Of a stretch of DNA of 64,000 nt, positions 46,237 to 56,428 are shown in pieces. The translations under genes and the position numbers were made by a program. Source of the stretch: Candidatus Latescibacterota bacterium. GTDB taxonomy: Bacteria; Krumholzibacteriota; Krumholzibacteriia; WVZY01; JAKEHA01. Numbering within the stretch: position 1 is the stretch's first letter; each line of letters begins with the position of its first letter. The stretch covers positions 928,001 through 992,000 of the forward strand of contig OY970173.1 in NCBI GenBank assembly GCA_963707635.1. Reading direction: 5' to 3'. Under the pieces are notes generated by a model. That model searched no databases and had not been told where the DNA came from. It saw only the letters and a program-made list of their open reading frames with translations.

Positions 46237-47556
46237 ATGCTAAAACTCAACCAACTCACGCATCGTTCCTACATCATCGACAACGTCACCGTCGTCGATC
46301 CGAAGAAGAGTACGAGCTACCCGGGCCACGTCGTGGTAGTCGAGGGCAAGATCGAAGGCGTCGAGCGCGGGCGTGCGAAAGAGGCGTCGCTGCCGATCTA
46401 CGACGGGGAGGGACTCCACCTCGCACCCGGCTTCGTCGACATCCACGTCCACCTGCGCGAGCCTGGCGCCGAATACAAGGAAACCATCGCCACCGGCACC
46501 GCGGCCGCCGTCGCGGGCGGGGTCACGTCGGTGGCGTGCATGCCCAACACCAACCCGGCCATCGACGACCGCAGCGTGGTCGAGTTCATTTTGAAACAGG
46601 CCCGGAGCGTCGGACTCGCGAAGGTGTATCCCATCGCGGCGGCGACGATGGGACGCAAGGGCGAGATCCTCTCCGAATATTATGAGCTGGTCGGGGCGGG
46701 TGCGGTCGCGGTGACCGACGACGGCGCGCCGGTGTCGACCGCCGACATGGCGCGGCGCGTGATGGAGTACTCCGCTCCGCTGGGGATTCCATTCATCGAG
46801 CACTGCGAGGACATGACGGCCACCGGCGAAGGCGTCATGCACGAAGGCTTCTATTCCACCAAGCTCGGGCTCAAGGGCATCCCCGCGTTCAGCGAGGAAG
46901 TCTGCCTCTCGCGCGACCTCCTCATCCTGAGTTCGGTGCGGGGGGCCCGCTACCACGCCGCCCACATGTCGACGCGCGGATCGGTCGACCTGATCCGGCG
47001 CGCGAAGGATGCCGGATTGTCGGTGACGGCGGAAACGGCGCCGCACTACCTGTGCCTCACCGACGGCGACCTGGAGACGTACAACACCAACTTCAAGATC
47101 AGCCCGCCGCTTCGCGGCGAGGCGGATCGCGACGCCATGATCGAGGCGCTCAAGGACGGGACCATCGATTGCATCGCGTCCGACCACGCGCCGCACGCGG
47201 CCCACGAGAAGCAGGTCGAATTCAACGCGGCGCCCAACGGATCGGTCGGGCTCGAGACCCTGTTCCCGCTGGTGATGACGCACCTGGTGCGCCCCGGACA
47301 CTTCACACTCCCGCAGGCCCTCGGCCTCATCACCCACCGCCCGGCCGAGTGCCTGCGCATCCCGGGCGGGACGCTCGTGCGCGGCGCGGCGGCGGATCTC
47401 GTGCTCTTCGACCCGGAGGAGGCGTGGACCGTCCGCCCCGAGGGTCTCCATTCCAAGTCCAAGAACTCCGCGTTCCTCGGCCGCACCGTGTACGGGCGCG
47501 TGCGGCACACGCTCGTCGACGGGGTGAACGTGAGCGCGACGCTGATCGGCGCGTAG
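46237..47556 (+). CDS. pyrC: Dihydroorotase
   Basis: DIHVHLREPG, MPNTNP, AETAPHY, PPLR, ASDHAPH. Confidence 0.95.
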   Translation: MLKLNQLTHRSYIIDNVTVVDPKKSTSYPGHVVVVEGKIEGVERGRAKEASLPIYDGEGLHLAPGFVDIHVHLREPGAEYKETIATGTAAAVAGGVTSVACMPNTNPAIDDRSVVEFILKQARSVGLAKVYPIAAATMGRKGEILSEYYELVGAGAVAVTDDGAPVSTADMARRVMEYSAPLGIPFIEHCEDMTATGEGVMHEGFYSTKLGLKGIPAFSEEVCLSRDLLILSSVRGARYHAAHMSTRGSVDLIRRAKDAGLSVTAETAPHYLCLTDGDLETYNTNFKISPPLRGEADRDAMIEALKDGTIDCIASDHAPHAAHEKQVEFNAAPNGSVGLETLFPLVMTHLVRPGHFTLPQALGLITHRPAECLRIPGGTLVRGAAADLVLFDPEEAWTVRPEGLHSKSKNSAFLGRTVYGRVRHTLVDGVNVSATLIGA

Positions 47557-47557
47557 C

Positions 47558-49156
47558 ATGGACTGGCGGCGGGCATTCCGGTGGACAACGGTCGCGGGGA
47601 TGGCGGGGGCGCTCGCGCTCACGGGCTGCGCGTACTTCAACACCCTCTACAACGCCAAGGAGAAGTACGACGGAGCGGAAAAAGCGAGCAAGTCGCGCGA
47701 GGCGGCTGAGCAGCGCGCCTCCGGCGGACAGGCGGGCAACACGGGTTCGACCGTCAATGCCCAGGCGGCACAATACGAATCCGTCATCGAGAAATGCACG
47801 AACGTGATCGCGCGCTATCCCGACAGCCGCCACGTCGACGACGCGATGCTCCTGATCGCGAAGTCGCTCTATAGGCTCGAGCGCTACGACGAAGCCGCCG
47901 CCGCGCTGGATTCGCTCGAAACCCGTTATCCGAAGACGAATCTCCTCGCGGACGCCCGTTTCCTCAAAGGCAAGTCGCTCGAAGCGGCGGAGCACTACGA
48001 CGTGGCGGCCACCGTGCTGTCGGATTTCGTCGATCGCCATCGCAAGCACCACGATCGTCCGGAAGCGCTCTATCTCCTGTGCATGTGCCAGATGCAACTC
48101 GGCTTGAGCGACAATGCGGTGGCGACGCTGCACCGTCTGGAGAAGGATCACAGCCGCTCGAACTATCGATTCAAGGCGCAGACAGACATGGCGGAAATCC
48201 TGGCCGACAAGGAGCTCTACGACCAGAGCCTGGCGGTCTACCGCAGCTTGAGCGAGGCGCGCATTCCCGCGAACGTTCGCTTCGACGTGTGGGTGGGTAT
48301 GGCGGGCGTTCAGGTGGAAGTGGGGGATTACCCGGGCGCGCTCGCGACCGTCGCCCGGTTGAAGACGCTGAAGATCACTGTCGAACAGGAACCCGTTGTG
48401 CTGCTATTGAGCGCGCGCGCGAATGCCGGCGCCGGCAACACCGAGCAAGCGATGCGCGAGTACAAGGACATCGCGAAGCGGTTCGCGCGCGGCACCTACG
48501 GCGCGGAGGCGAACTTCCGCCTGGGCGAGATGAGCGAGGCGACGGACAGCCTCGTGGCTGCGCAGCGGTACTATCAGGAAGTGCCCAATGCGTACTCCGG
48601 CTCCGAGTTCGCGGAAGAGGCCATCCGGCGCAGTTCCGACATCGGGCGCGTGCTCCTGATCCAGCAGACCTCCGGCGACGACAGCCCGGAGGCGGTGGCG
48701 CTCCGGACCTTTGCGATGGCGGAAGTGCAGCTCTTCCAGTTCAACAACACCGAGAAGGCAATCCCCAACTACGAGAAGATCGTCAACGAATTCGGGGAGA
48801 GCGAGTACGCGCCCAAGGCCGTGTACGCGCTGGGCTACATCTACGGCGTCATCCTCGCCGACTCGGTGAAGGCGAGAGAGTGGTACGAAGTGCTGCGCAC
48901 GCGCTATCCGGACAGCCAGCAGGCGCTGCTCGCGTACGGGTTCTACAAGGGCGCGTCGCCGCCGCCGCCGCTCTCCGACATGGCGCGCTTCGCGAAGCCG
49001 AAGGCGAGCCCGCCGCCCGCGGTGCCCGCCACGCACCCCGTCGGGGCGCCGCCGGGCATCCACCCACCGGCGCCTCCGCCGGCGCCGGTGCTGCCGGATT
49101 CGCTCCACGACCCCGAGGACCTGCTCCAACCCGCGCCGAAGGACTCATCGGGATGA
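47558..49156 (+). CDS. TPR-repeat outer-membrane lipoprotein with Pro-rich tail
   Basis: Lipobox LTGC followed by AYFNTLYNA; repeated YP.S TPR turns. Confidence 0.85.
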   Translation: MDWRRAFRWTTVAGMAGALALTGCAYFNTLYNAKEKYDGAEKASKSREAAEQRASGGQAGNTGSTVNAQAAQYESVIEKCTNVIARYPDSRHVDDAMLLIAKSLYRLERYDEAAAALDSLETRYPKTNLLADARFLKGKSLEAAEHYDVAATVLSDFVDRHRKHHDRPEALYLLCMCQMQLGLSDNAVATLHRLEKDHSRSNYRFKAQTDMAEILADKELYDQSLAVYRSLSEARIPANVRFDVWVGMAGVQVEVGDYPGALATVARLKTLKITVEQEPVVLLLSARANAGAGNTEQAMREYKDIAKRFARGTYGAEANFRLGEMSEATDSLVAAQRYYQEVPNAYSGSEFAEEAIRRSSDIGRVLLIQQTSGDDSPEAVALRTFAMAEVQLFQFNNTEKAIPNYEKIVNEFGESEYAPKAVYALGYIYGVILADSVKAREWYEVLRTRYPDSQQALLAYGFYKGASPPPPLSDMARFAKPKASPPPAVPATHPVGAPPGIHPPAPPPAPVLPDSLHDPEDLLQPAPKDSSG

Positions 49157-50007
49157 GCGCGCACCAACACGCGGCGGGAAGCGCCTACTCGTTCACGCCT
49201 TCGAACGCGCACGAGCACACCGGCGCCGTGCTGGCCAATGTTTCCTTGAGCCGCCGGTACTTTCTCCTGCGAATCGCACGACCCGCGCATTTCGTCGAGC
49301 CCGCCGCGGGTCAATTCGTGCACGTCGCCGTCCCGCCCGTCGACGGGGACGGGCGGTTCTTTCTCCGGCGGCCGTTCTCGCTCCACGACTGCACGCGGGA
49401 TTCCCTCGAGCTGGTCATCGTCGAAGTCGGGCCCGGCTCGCAGGCTCTGCGGCGTCTCTCACCCGGCAGCCACCTCTGCTTCTATGGCCCGCTCGGGACC
49501 CCCTACCCGCTGCTGCCGGGCAAGCGCGTGCTCGCGATCGGCGGGGGAGTGGGGCTCGCGCCGCTCTATTACTATGGATTCCGCGCGCCCGGCCGGATCG
49601 GCGATGGCTACCGGCTGCTCTATGGCGCGCGTACGAAGGAAGACTTGTTTCTCGAGCACGTGCCGCTCGAGCAAGGCGGCGTTCTGCTGTCGACCGACGA
49701 CGGCAGTTACGGGTTCAAAGGCAACGTCGTCCAGCTCGCGTCCCGCGAGCTGGACCGGAGCCCCGCCGACGCGATCTTCTCGTGCGGTCCCACTGTAATG
49801 ATGAAAGCGGCGCAGCGACTCGCGGACGAGCGCGGACTCCCGCACTACGCGTCGCTCGAGAACCGCATGGGCTGCGCGCTCGGCGCGTGCCGCTCGTGCG
49901 TCGTGCCGACCCGGCTCGACGGCGCGAGCCCGTATCGGACCGTGTGCCACGACGGCCCCGTGTTCGACGGGAGCGTGCTGGTGTGGGACGAGCTGCCGGT
50001 GCCGTGA
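49153..50007 (+). CDS. pyrK: Dihydroorotate dehydrogenase electron transfer subunit
   Basis: GQFV, LRRPFS, GGGVGLAP, CGP, MGCALGACRSC...VCHDGPVF; ATGA overlap with the TPR gene. Confidence 0.93.
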   Translation: MSAHQHAAGSAYSFTPSNAHEHTGAVLANVSLSRRYFLLRIARPAHFVEPAAGQFVHVAVPPVDGDGRFFLRRPFSLHDCTRDSLELVIVEVGPGSQALRRLSPGSHLCFYGPLGTPYPLLPGKRVLAIGGGVGLAPLYYYGFRAPGRIGDGYRLLYGARTKEDLFLEHVPLEQGGVLLSTDDGSYGFKGNVVQLASRELDRSPADAIFSCGPTVMMKAAQRLADERGLPHYASLENRMGCALGACRSCVVPTRLDGASPYRTVCHDGPVFDGSVLVWDELPVP

Positions 50008-50018
50008 GGCGAGTGAGA

Positions 50019-50951
50019 ATGGCGCGCGCACACGATATCAGCGTTCAGATCGGACCGGTTCGGTTCAAGAACCCGGTCTTCATCGCGTCGGGGATCTGCG
50101 GCTACGCCGAAGAGTACTCGCCGCTGGTGAACCTTTCGCGCCTGGGCGGAGTGGTGACGAAGACCATCACCATGCTCCCGCGCCAGGGCAACCTGCCGCC
50201 GCGCATCCACGAGCTGCCGCACGGCATGCTCAATTCGATCGGCCTCGAGAACGTGGGTCTCGACCTCTATCTAACGGAGAAACTCCCGCAGCTGAATCAG
50301 CGCCCCGACGTCGGGGTGATGGTGAGCGTCGCCGCCGAAACCGAAGCCGAGTTCATCCGCCTCGCGGAGGCGTTCGCCGCGCGCGAGGGTTACGCCGGCC
50401 TGGAACTCAATCTCTCCTGCCCCAACGTCGCCGGCGAGGCGCTGGACCAGGGGCGCAACCCCCAGCTCGTCGAGCGCATCACGCGCATCGTCAAGGATCG
50501 CATTCCAAAGAAATCACTGTGGGTGAAAGTCACGCCCAACATCACCGACGTCGGCCTCGTCGCGCGCGCGGCGGAGCAGGGCGGCGCCGACGCGGTCGCC
50601 GCCATCAACACGCTGGTCGGAATCGACTTCGATCTGGAGACCGGCAAGCCCGTGTTCGCGCGCGGCAGCGCGGGTTACTCCGGTCCGGCCATTCTCCCCA
50701 TCGCGCTGCAGAAAGTGTGGGAGTGCGCGAAGGCGGTCTCGATCCCAATCGTCGGCATCGGCGGCATCATGACCATCGATGATGCGCGCAAGTTCTTCCT
50801 CGCCGGCGCGACCGCGATCCAGGTGGGGACGGCGCTCTACGCGGATCCGGGCCTGCCGGAGCGGATCATCGACGCGTTGGAAGCGCACCCGGAGTGGATC
50901 ACGGCGCGAGCGCGGCAGGCGTCGCCGCGGTCCGACGCCGCTCCGGCTTGA
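50019..50951 (+). CDS. pyrD: Dihydroorotate dehydrogenase (family 1B) catalytic subunit
   Basis: KNPVFIASG, MLNSIGLEN, ELNLSCPN, INTL, SGPAI, GIGGI. Confidence 0.95.
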   Translation: MARAHDISVQIGPVRFKNPVFIASGICGYAEEYSPLVNLSRLGGVVTKTITMLPRQGNLPPRIHELPHGMLNSIGLENVGLDLYLTEKLPQLNQRPDVGVMVSVAAETEAEFIRLAEAFAAREGYAGLELNLSCPNVAGEALDQGRNPQLVERITRIVKDRIPKKSLWVKVTPNITDVGLVARAAEQGGADAVAAINTLVGIDFDLETGKPVFARGSAGYSGPAILPIALQKVWECAKAVSIPIVGIGGIMTIDDARKFFLAGATAIQVGTALYADPGLPERIIDALEAHPEWITARARQASPRSDAAPA

Positions 50952-50977
50952 CTCCATGTCATTCCGGCGGTTAGACT
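50948..50977 (+). promoter_or_regulatory. Putative internal sigma70 promoter for the POT transporter
   Basis: TTGACT-18nt-TAGACT overlapping the pyrD stop. Confidence 0.45.
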
Positions 50978-51040
50978 GCCTCGATCTCTCCGACCCGAAC
51001 TCCCCACAAAAGGAGTGTTTCGAATGACAGGGAGAAACCC

Positions 51041-52546
51041 ATGAGCGGCGGTCCTGCCCGATCTGAATCGGCCCCGGTTCCGGAGTTCACGCAGGTTCTC
51101 GGCCATCCGCGTCCGCTGTGGATGCTGTTCATGACCGAGTTCTGGGAGCGCTTCGCGTTCTACGGCATGCGCTGGGCGCTGACGCTCTACATCGTCGCGC
51201 AGTTCCACGGCGGCGATGCCTCGGGCGAGGCGCCGGCCAGCCGGATCTACGGCGCCTATCTCGCGCTGGTCTATGCGACGGCGATCTTCGGCGGCTACGT
51301 GGCCGACCGCATCATCGGCTATCAGCGCTCGATTCTGCTCGGCGCGGTGATCATGGCGACGGGCCTGTTCATGATCACGGTGCCCAACGAGCAGATCTTC
51401 AAGCTGGGCCTGGCCACCATCATCGCCGGCAACGGCCTCTTCAAGCCGAACATCTCGACCATGGTCGGCAAGCTCTACGGGGTCGGCGATCCGCGTCGCG
51501 ACTCGGGCTTCACCATCTTCTACATGGGGATCAACGCGGGCGCGTTCATCGCGCCGATCCTGACCGGGTGGCTCGCCGGCCGTGTGTTCGGCAGCGAGGA
51601 CATGCCGACCTACAAGGTGGTGTTCTTCACCACCGGCATCGGCATGTTGATCAGCCTGGTGTGGTTCTGGATCGGACGCCGCCAGCTCGGCACCGTCGGC
51701 CGGCCGCAGGAAGGCGGCGCCCAAAACCGCGCGCGCGTGCTGTACGTGGGACTCTGCGCGCTGGTCGCGATCCCGGTGATCTTCTTCCTGCTCACCATGG
51801 ACGCCGGCATACTGGCGTGGGTGCTGGGCGCCTTGTTCATCGGCCTGTGCGCCATGATCATGATCGAGGGCGTCCGCGAGGGAGCGGTGGCGCGCGACCG
51901 CGCGATCGCGATGCTCATCATCTTCGTCTTCAACATCATGTTCTGGATGTTCTTCGAGCAGGCCGGCAGCTCGTTCAACTTCCTCGCCGAGAAGATCGTC
52001 AATCGCGACTTCGGCGGCTGGATCTTCCCGGTCGCCTGGTTCCAGTCGATCAACCCGATCGGCATCCTCGCGCTCGCGCCGGTATTCGCCTGGCTGTGGG
52101 TCAAGCTGGGCAAGCGTAAATCCTTCGATACCGCGCAAGTTCGGCCTCGGCCTCACTGCCAACGGGCTCGCCTTCCTGCTGCTGATGTTCTCGCTGTCGA
52201 AGCTGGTGAGCGCGACGGGCATGATCCCGTTCTGGACGCTTGTTCACGGTGTATCGTGATTCAGACGGTGGGCGAGCTGTGCCTGTCGCCGATCGGACTG
52301 TCGATGGTGACCAAGCTCGCGCCGGTGCGTCTGGTCGGCCTCGGCATGGGGGGCTGGTTCCTGTCCACGGGGATCGGCAACAACCTGTCGGGTATCTTCG
52401 CCAGCGGTGTCAGCGGCGAAGGCGGCATGACCACGGCATCGGCGTTGTCCGGATACACGTTCGGCTTCTGGGCCCTGGTCAGCGCCGGCGCGGTGCTGCT
52501 CCTGATCGCACCGCTGATCCAGAGACTGATGCACGGCGTGAAGTAA
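51041..52546 (+). CDS. POT/PTR-family proton-dependent di/tripeptide transporter (with compensated internal frameshifts)
   Basis: EFWERFAFYG, GLFKPNIS, IFYMGIN.G, FEQAGSS, GELCLSPIGLS; about 52118-52255 reads in the wrong frame. Confidence 0.9.
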   Translation: MSGGPARSESAPVPEFTQVLGHPRPLWMLFMTEFWERFAFYGMRWALTLYIVAQFHGGDASGEAPASRIYGAYLALVYATAIFGGYVADRIIGYQRSILLGAVIMATGLFMITVPNEQIFKLGLATIIAGNGLFKPNISTMVGKLYGVGDPRRDSGFTIFYMGINAGAFIAPILTGWLAGRVFGSEDMPTYKVVFFTTGIGMLISLVWFWIGRRQLGTVGRPQEGGAQNRARVLYVGLCALVAIPVIFFLLTMDAGILAWVLGALFIGLCAMIMIEGVREGAVARDRAIAMLIIFVFNIMFWMFFEQAGSSFNFLAEKIVNRDFGGWIFPVAWFQSINPIGILALAPVFAWLWVKLGKRKSFDTAQVRPRPHCQRARLPAADVLAVEAGERDGHDPVLDACSRCIVIQTVGELCLSPIGLSMVTKLAPVRLVGLGMGGWFLSTGIGNNLSGIFASGVSGEGGMTTASALSGYTFGFWALVSAGAVLLLIAPLIQRLMHGVK

Positions 52547-52583
52547 TGCCCGGACGAAGGCGGTCGCGCGAGGTAGCGATGAG

Positions 52584-53288
52584 ATGACGACCCCGCGCGA
52601 CCGCCTTATCGTTGCCCTCGACGTCGATTCTCACGCCGCCGCGTCCGCGCTGGTCGCTTCGCTTTCGCCCCACGTCGGGTGGTTCAAGATCGGCAGCGTG
52701 CTCTTCACGCGCGAAGGACCGCGCGTGTGCGCGCTGGTCAAGGACTCCGGCGCGCGCCTCTTTCTCGACCTCAAGTACCACGACATTCCGAACACCGTCG
52801 CCGGCGCCGTGCGCAACGCACTCGCGCTGGGCGCCGACATGATCACCCTCCACGCCTCGGGCGGCCCCACCATGCTGCGCGCCGCCCGCGACGCCGCCAA
52901 CGAAACCGGCCACCGCGACGTGATACTGGTCGCGGTAACAGTGCTCACCCATCTGGACGACGAGGAAATGAATGCGGTCTTCGGGGTGCAGGAACCGGTG
53001 GAAACCCGGGTGCTGGCCCTCGCACGCGTGGCGCGCGACGGTGGAATGACCGGAGTGGTGGCCTCCGCCCAGGAGCTGCCCGCGATCAAGCGCACGATGG
53101 GGAAGGACTTCGTGGTGGTGACGCCGGGGATTCGCTTACCCGACGCCAAACAGGACGACCAGACCCGCGTGGTGACACCCGAGCAAGCGATCAAAGATGG
53201 AGCCGACTATATCGTCGTCGGGCGGCCAATCATCGCGGCGAAGGATCCCGCCGCCGCGGCGCTCGAGATCTTAAAGCGGATTCGATAG
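52584..53288 (+). CDS. pyrF: Orotidine-5'-phosphate decarboxylase
   Basis: LIVALD, FLDLKYHDIPNT, VTPGIR, DDQ.R, VVGRPI. Confidence 0.97.
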   Translation: MTTPRDRLIVALDVDSHAAASALVASLSPHVGWFKIGSVLFTREGPRVCALVKDSGARLFLDLKYHDIPNTVAGAVRNALALGADMITLHASGGPTMLRAARDAANETGHRDVILVAVTVLTHLDDEEMNAVFGVQEPVETRVLALARVARDGGMTGVVASAQELPAIKRTMGKDFVVVTPGIRLPDAKQDDQTRVVTPEQAIKDGADYIVVGRPIIAAKDPAAAALEILKRIR

Positions 53289-53384
53289 GTGGGCGGTTCG
53301 CAGTCCCCGTGGCGCCAATCCGCAGTCGCGCATTTCAACAGAATGCGCGGGAGGACGGCGCGCAGGGGACGGCGAACCGCCCAC
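53289..53384 (+). repeat. Intergenic palindromic element, family copy B
   Basis: GTGGGCGGTTCGC...GCGAACCGCCCAC arms with the same core as copy A; starts right after the pyrF stop. Confidence 0.85.
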
Positions 53385-53392
53385 GTCGGCTA

Positions 53393-54766
53393 CTACAACG
53401 CGAATCCGATCAGCATCTTGATGCGCCGGTATGTCATTTCCGTCGGTGTCGCCGTCGCCGGCAGCACGCCGCGCGATACCGGCGTGATCTCGACCGGCCG
53501 GCTCCCCCAGGTGAACCCACCGCCGAGCGTCAAGTCGATCCCTTTGATCGCGAAGGCGACGCCGCCGTTGATCTGGTAGAGGTCCCAGGACGTCAGCACG
53601 ATCGGGCGCTGCGAAAGTTCCTTCCAGGCGGAGTGATCGGTAATGAAGCTCGCGTACGCGGTCGTGCGCTCGCTGAACTTCTTCTCGAGTCCGAAGCCGA
53701 AATTCCAGACGTCCTTCAGCGCGTGGGCGTAGGTCATGTCGAAGGACGTCACCCCGGGGCCCGTATCGGGCGCGGGCGATTCGACCACCGTGTACTCGTC
53801 GACCGACGAGAACCACTCGACCGTGGCATGGATCGTGGACGAACCGAGCGGGCGCGATCCCCCGATTCCCACCGACAAGGGCGAATGGTACTCCGCGGAA
53901 AGGTCCTTGCCGAAGGACACGTTCGCCGCGGAATCGTCGGTCCCGTTCCCGTCGACGTCACCGACCACCGACTGATTGACGACGACCTCTCCGGATCCGA
54001 ATACCTCGAGCCCCCGCGTCGTCACCGTGACGCCGAACGTGCTTCCCGCGAATTCGGCGGACACGCCGAATTTGCCCAGCAGGCGAAACGTCTGGTAGTC
54101 GACCTCGTTGACGTAGAGAAGCATGGTTCCGTAGTCGTTGTTGCCGATCGCCTCGATCGACTGTTGCGTCCGCGTTCGCTGCGAACGATACGCGCCGTAG
54201 AGACTCGCGCCCACGCCGAACCGGTCTCCCGCACGCGATGACCAGGTGGCCCCGCCCCAGTTCTCGGTGAGATTCTGATCGAGGATGATCTCCCCGCCGA
54301 TGGAGAGGGTGTCACCCGGGGTGTCCAGGCCGACGAGGACCCCGTCGCGCGAGTCCAGGCGAAAATCGAGCTGCTGGCGGGTCAAGAACGAGTACCCCCA
54401 CGTGTCGCCGAACCACTTGACCGGCAGGAGGCCGGCGATCAGGCTCGGCGCCGGGCCCACCGTGCGCGAAGCCAGCGCGTCGGCGTCGCTTTCGGAGTCG
54501 GACAGACGGATGGTCTGTATTTGAAAAACGCTGGCCGTGAGGATGAACGACGGGTCCTTGACCAGGCACAGCGATCCCGGGTTGTAATACGTCGCGCTCA
54601 TGTCGACGGCGCTTCCCACCACCACACCGCCCAAGAGCTCACCGCGTGTTCCGTACTGGAGATTCCAGTAGTGGGTGTCCTGGGCGACGGCGGCGCTACC
54701 GATCGTGAGCAAGCCGAGGCACAATGCGAACGTTCGGGGAAGCCTGCGAAACAATGTAGCCGTCAT
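53393..54766 (-). CDS. FadL/TodX-like outer-membrane channel
   Basis: Signal peptide, hatch-like SATYYNPGSL, amphipathic beta strands; AGGAGG RBS. Confidence 0.72.
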   Translation of the reverse strand: MTATLFRRLPRTFALCLGLLTIGSAAVAQDTHYWNLQYGTRGELLGGVVVGSAVDMSATYYNPGSLCLVKDPSFILTASVFQIQTIRLSDSESDADALASRTVGPAPSLIAGLLPVKWFGDTWGYSFLTRQQLDFRLDSRDGVLVGLDTPGDTLSIGGEIILDQNLTENWGGATWSSRAGDRFGVGASLYGAYRSQRTRTQQSIEAIGNNDYGTMLLYVNEVDYQTFRLLGKFGVSAEFAGSTFGVTVTTRGLEVFGSGEVVVNQSVVGDVDGNGTDDSAANVSFGKDLSAEYHSPLSVGIGGSRPLGSSTIHATVEWFSSVDEYTVVESPAPDTGPGVTSFDMTYAHALKDVWNFGFGLEKKFSERTTAYASFITDHSAWKELSQRPIVLTSWDLYQINGGVAFAIKGIDLTLGGGFTWGSRPVEITPVSRGVLPATATPTEMTYRRIKMLIGFAL

Positions 54767-54886
54767 GATTTTCCTCCTGGCGCACGGCCAGCCTAGCACG
54801 TGGCCGCGTGATACGTAAGCAACGGTCCGGGTGTGACGCCATATTCCGCGCTCGGGGCATCCCGCGATCATGTACAATTATTGCAG

Positions 54887-56428
54887 ATGGCCACCCGACT
54901 GCTCGTCATCGGCGCCGACGCCCTCGATAAGGACCTGGTCCTGCGCTGGGCTGACGAGGGCGTGCTCCCCGGGTTTCGCCGCCTGCTGGAGACCTCCGCG
55001 TGGGGGGTCACGGAGGCCCCGCCGGGGCTCTTCGTCGGCGCGGTCTGGCCGTCGTTCTGGACGGCGACATCGCCTGCCCGCCACGCCCGCTATTGCTTCG
55101 AGCAGCTCAAGCCCGGCACCTACGAGCGAGTCCGTATCCATCCGACCGACACCCAGGCGCCCGCATTCTGGCAGGCGCTGAGCAGCGCCGGCAAACGCGT
55201 CGCCATCCTCGACGTTCCCAAGACCTACGTCGAGAACGGCCTCAACGGGCTCCAGGTGGTCGATTGGGGCACGCACGACCCCGACTTCGCGGGTCCGCTG
55301 ACCTGGCCGGAGCCGTTCGCGAACGAGGTGCTCTCGCGCTACGGTCGCGACGAAGTCGGCAACTGCAACGCGCACGGCCGCGCGGGGGAGTACGCGAAGC
55401 TGCGTGACCAGCTGGTGGCGCGGACCCGCGCGCGCGGGCGCATGATCACGGATGTGATCGGCCAGGGCGACTGGGACGCCGTGGTCGCGGTCTTCAGCGA
55501 GAGCCACTGCGTGGGGCACCAGTGCTGGCACCTGCACGATGTCTCGCACCCCCGCCACGACGCGGCGGTGGCGCGCGAAGTCGGGAGCCCGATGCGCGAC
55601 GTGTATCGCGCCATCGACGCCGAAATCGGCCGCATCCTCGACGCGGCGGGCCCGTCGACCGACGTGATCGTGTTCGGCAGCCACGGCATGCGGTCGCACT
55701 TCGACGCCACCTTTCTCCTGGATGAAATGCTGCGCCGGATCGAGCGCCCGGGCGCCCCATCCCCGGGGCCCAAGAAGCGCCGCCCCCTTGCCAAGCGCAT
55801 GTGGGGCCGCATTCCGGCGCCGGTGCGCCGCGTGCTCGCGCCGCTCAAGGAGCCGGCGAAGGCGCGCCTCGGGATCGAAGGGCCGGCCGCGCGCCGCTGT
55901 TTCGCCGTCCCGAACAACGACGCGTATGGAGCGGTGCGGGTGAATCTCATCGGGCGGGAACCGTCGGGCCGGGTGCGCACGGAAGACCTGGATGCCTTCT
56001 GCCGCGACCTCGAGCGGGACCTGAAAAGCTTCGTCAACCTCGACACCGGTGAGCCGCTGGTGCGCGGCGTCATGCGCGCGGCGGATTTCTACCGCGGCCC
56101 GAACATGGAACACCTCCCGGATCTCATCATCGAATGGAATCGCGACACGCCGGTGTCGCGCGTGCACTCGGAAAAAACCGGCGAGATCGTCGGGACCTAC
56201 ACAAAGTGCCGGACGGGCGACCACTCTCCTTTCGGGGTGTTTTTCGCGCGGGGCGCGCGCGTAAAGCCGGGGCCCGTCCGGCGCTCGTTCTCCGTGATGG
56301 ACTACGGGCCGACCATCGCCGACCGCCTCGGGGTTCCGCTGGCCGACGTCGACGGTCGCTCGTTCGCGGCACTCTTCGACGGGGCGGCGTTGGAGCCCCC
56401 CGCGAGCGTCTCACGCGCGAGCGAATGA
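54887..56428 (+). CDS. Alkaline phosphatase superfamily (type I phosphodiesterase-like) protein
   Basis: LVIGADA, WPSFWT, H.VGHQCWH, IDAEIG, GSHGM, TGDH. Confidence 0.85.
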   Translation: MATRLLVIGADALDKDLVLRWADEGVLPGFRRLLETSAWGVTEAPPGLFVGAVWPSFWTATSPARHARYCFEQLKPGTYERVRIHPTDTQAPAFWQALSSAGKRVAILDVPKTYVENGLNGLQVVDWGTHDPDFAGPLTWPEPFANEVLSRYGRDEVGNCNAHGRAGEYAKLRDQLVARTRARGRMITDVIGQGDWDAVVAVFSESHCVGHQCWHLHDVSHPRHDAAVAREVGSPMRDVYRAIDAEIGRILDAAGPSTDVIVFGSHGMRSHFDATFLLDEMLRRIERPGAPSPGPKKRRPLAKRMWGRIPAPVRRVLAPLKEPAKARLGIEGPAARRCFAVPNNDAYGAVRVNLIGREPSGRVRTEDLDAFCRDLERDLKSFVNLDTGEPLVRGVMRAADFYRGPNMEHLPDLIIEWNRDTPVSRVHSEKTGEIVGTYTKCRTGDHSPFGVFFARGARVKPGPVRRSFSVMDYGPTIADRLGVPLADVDGRSFAALFDGAALEPPASVSRASE

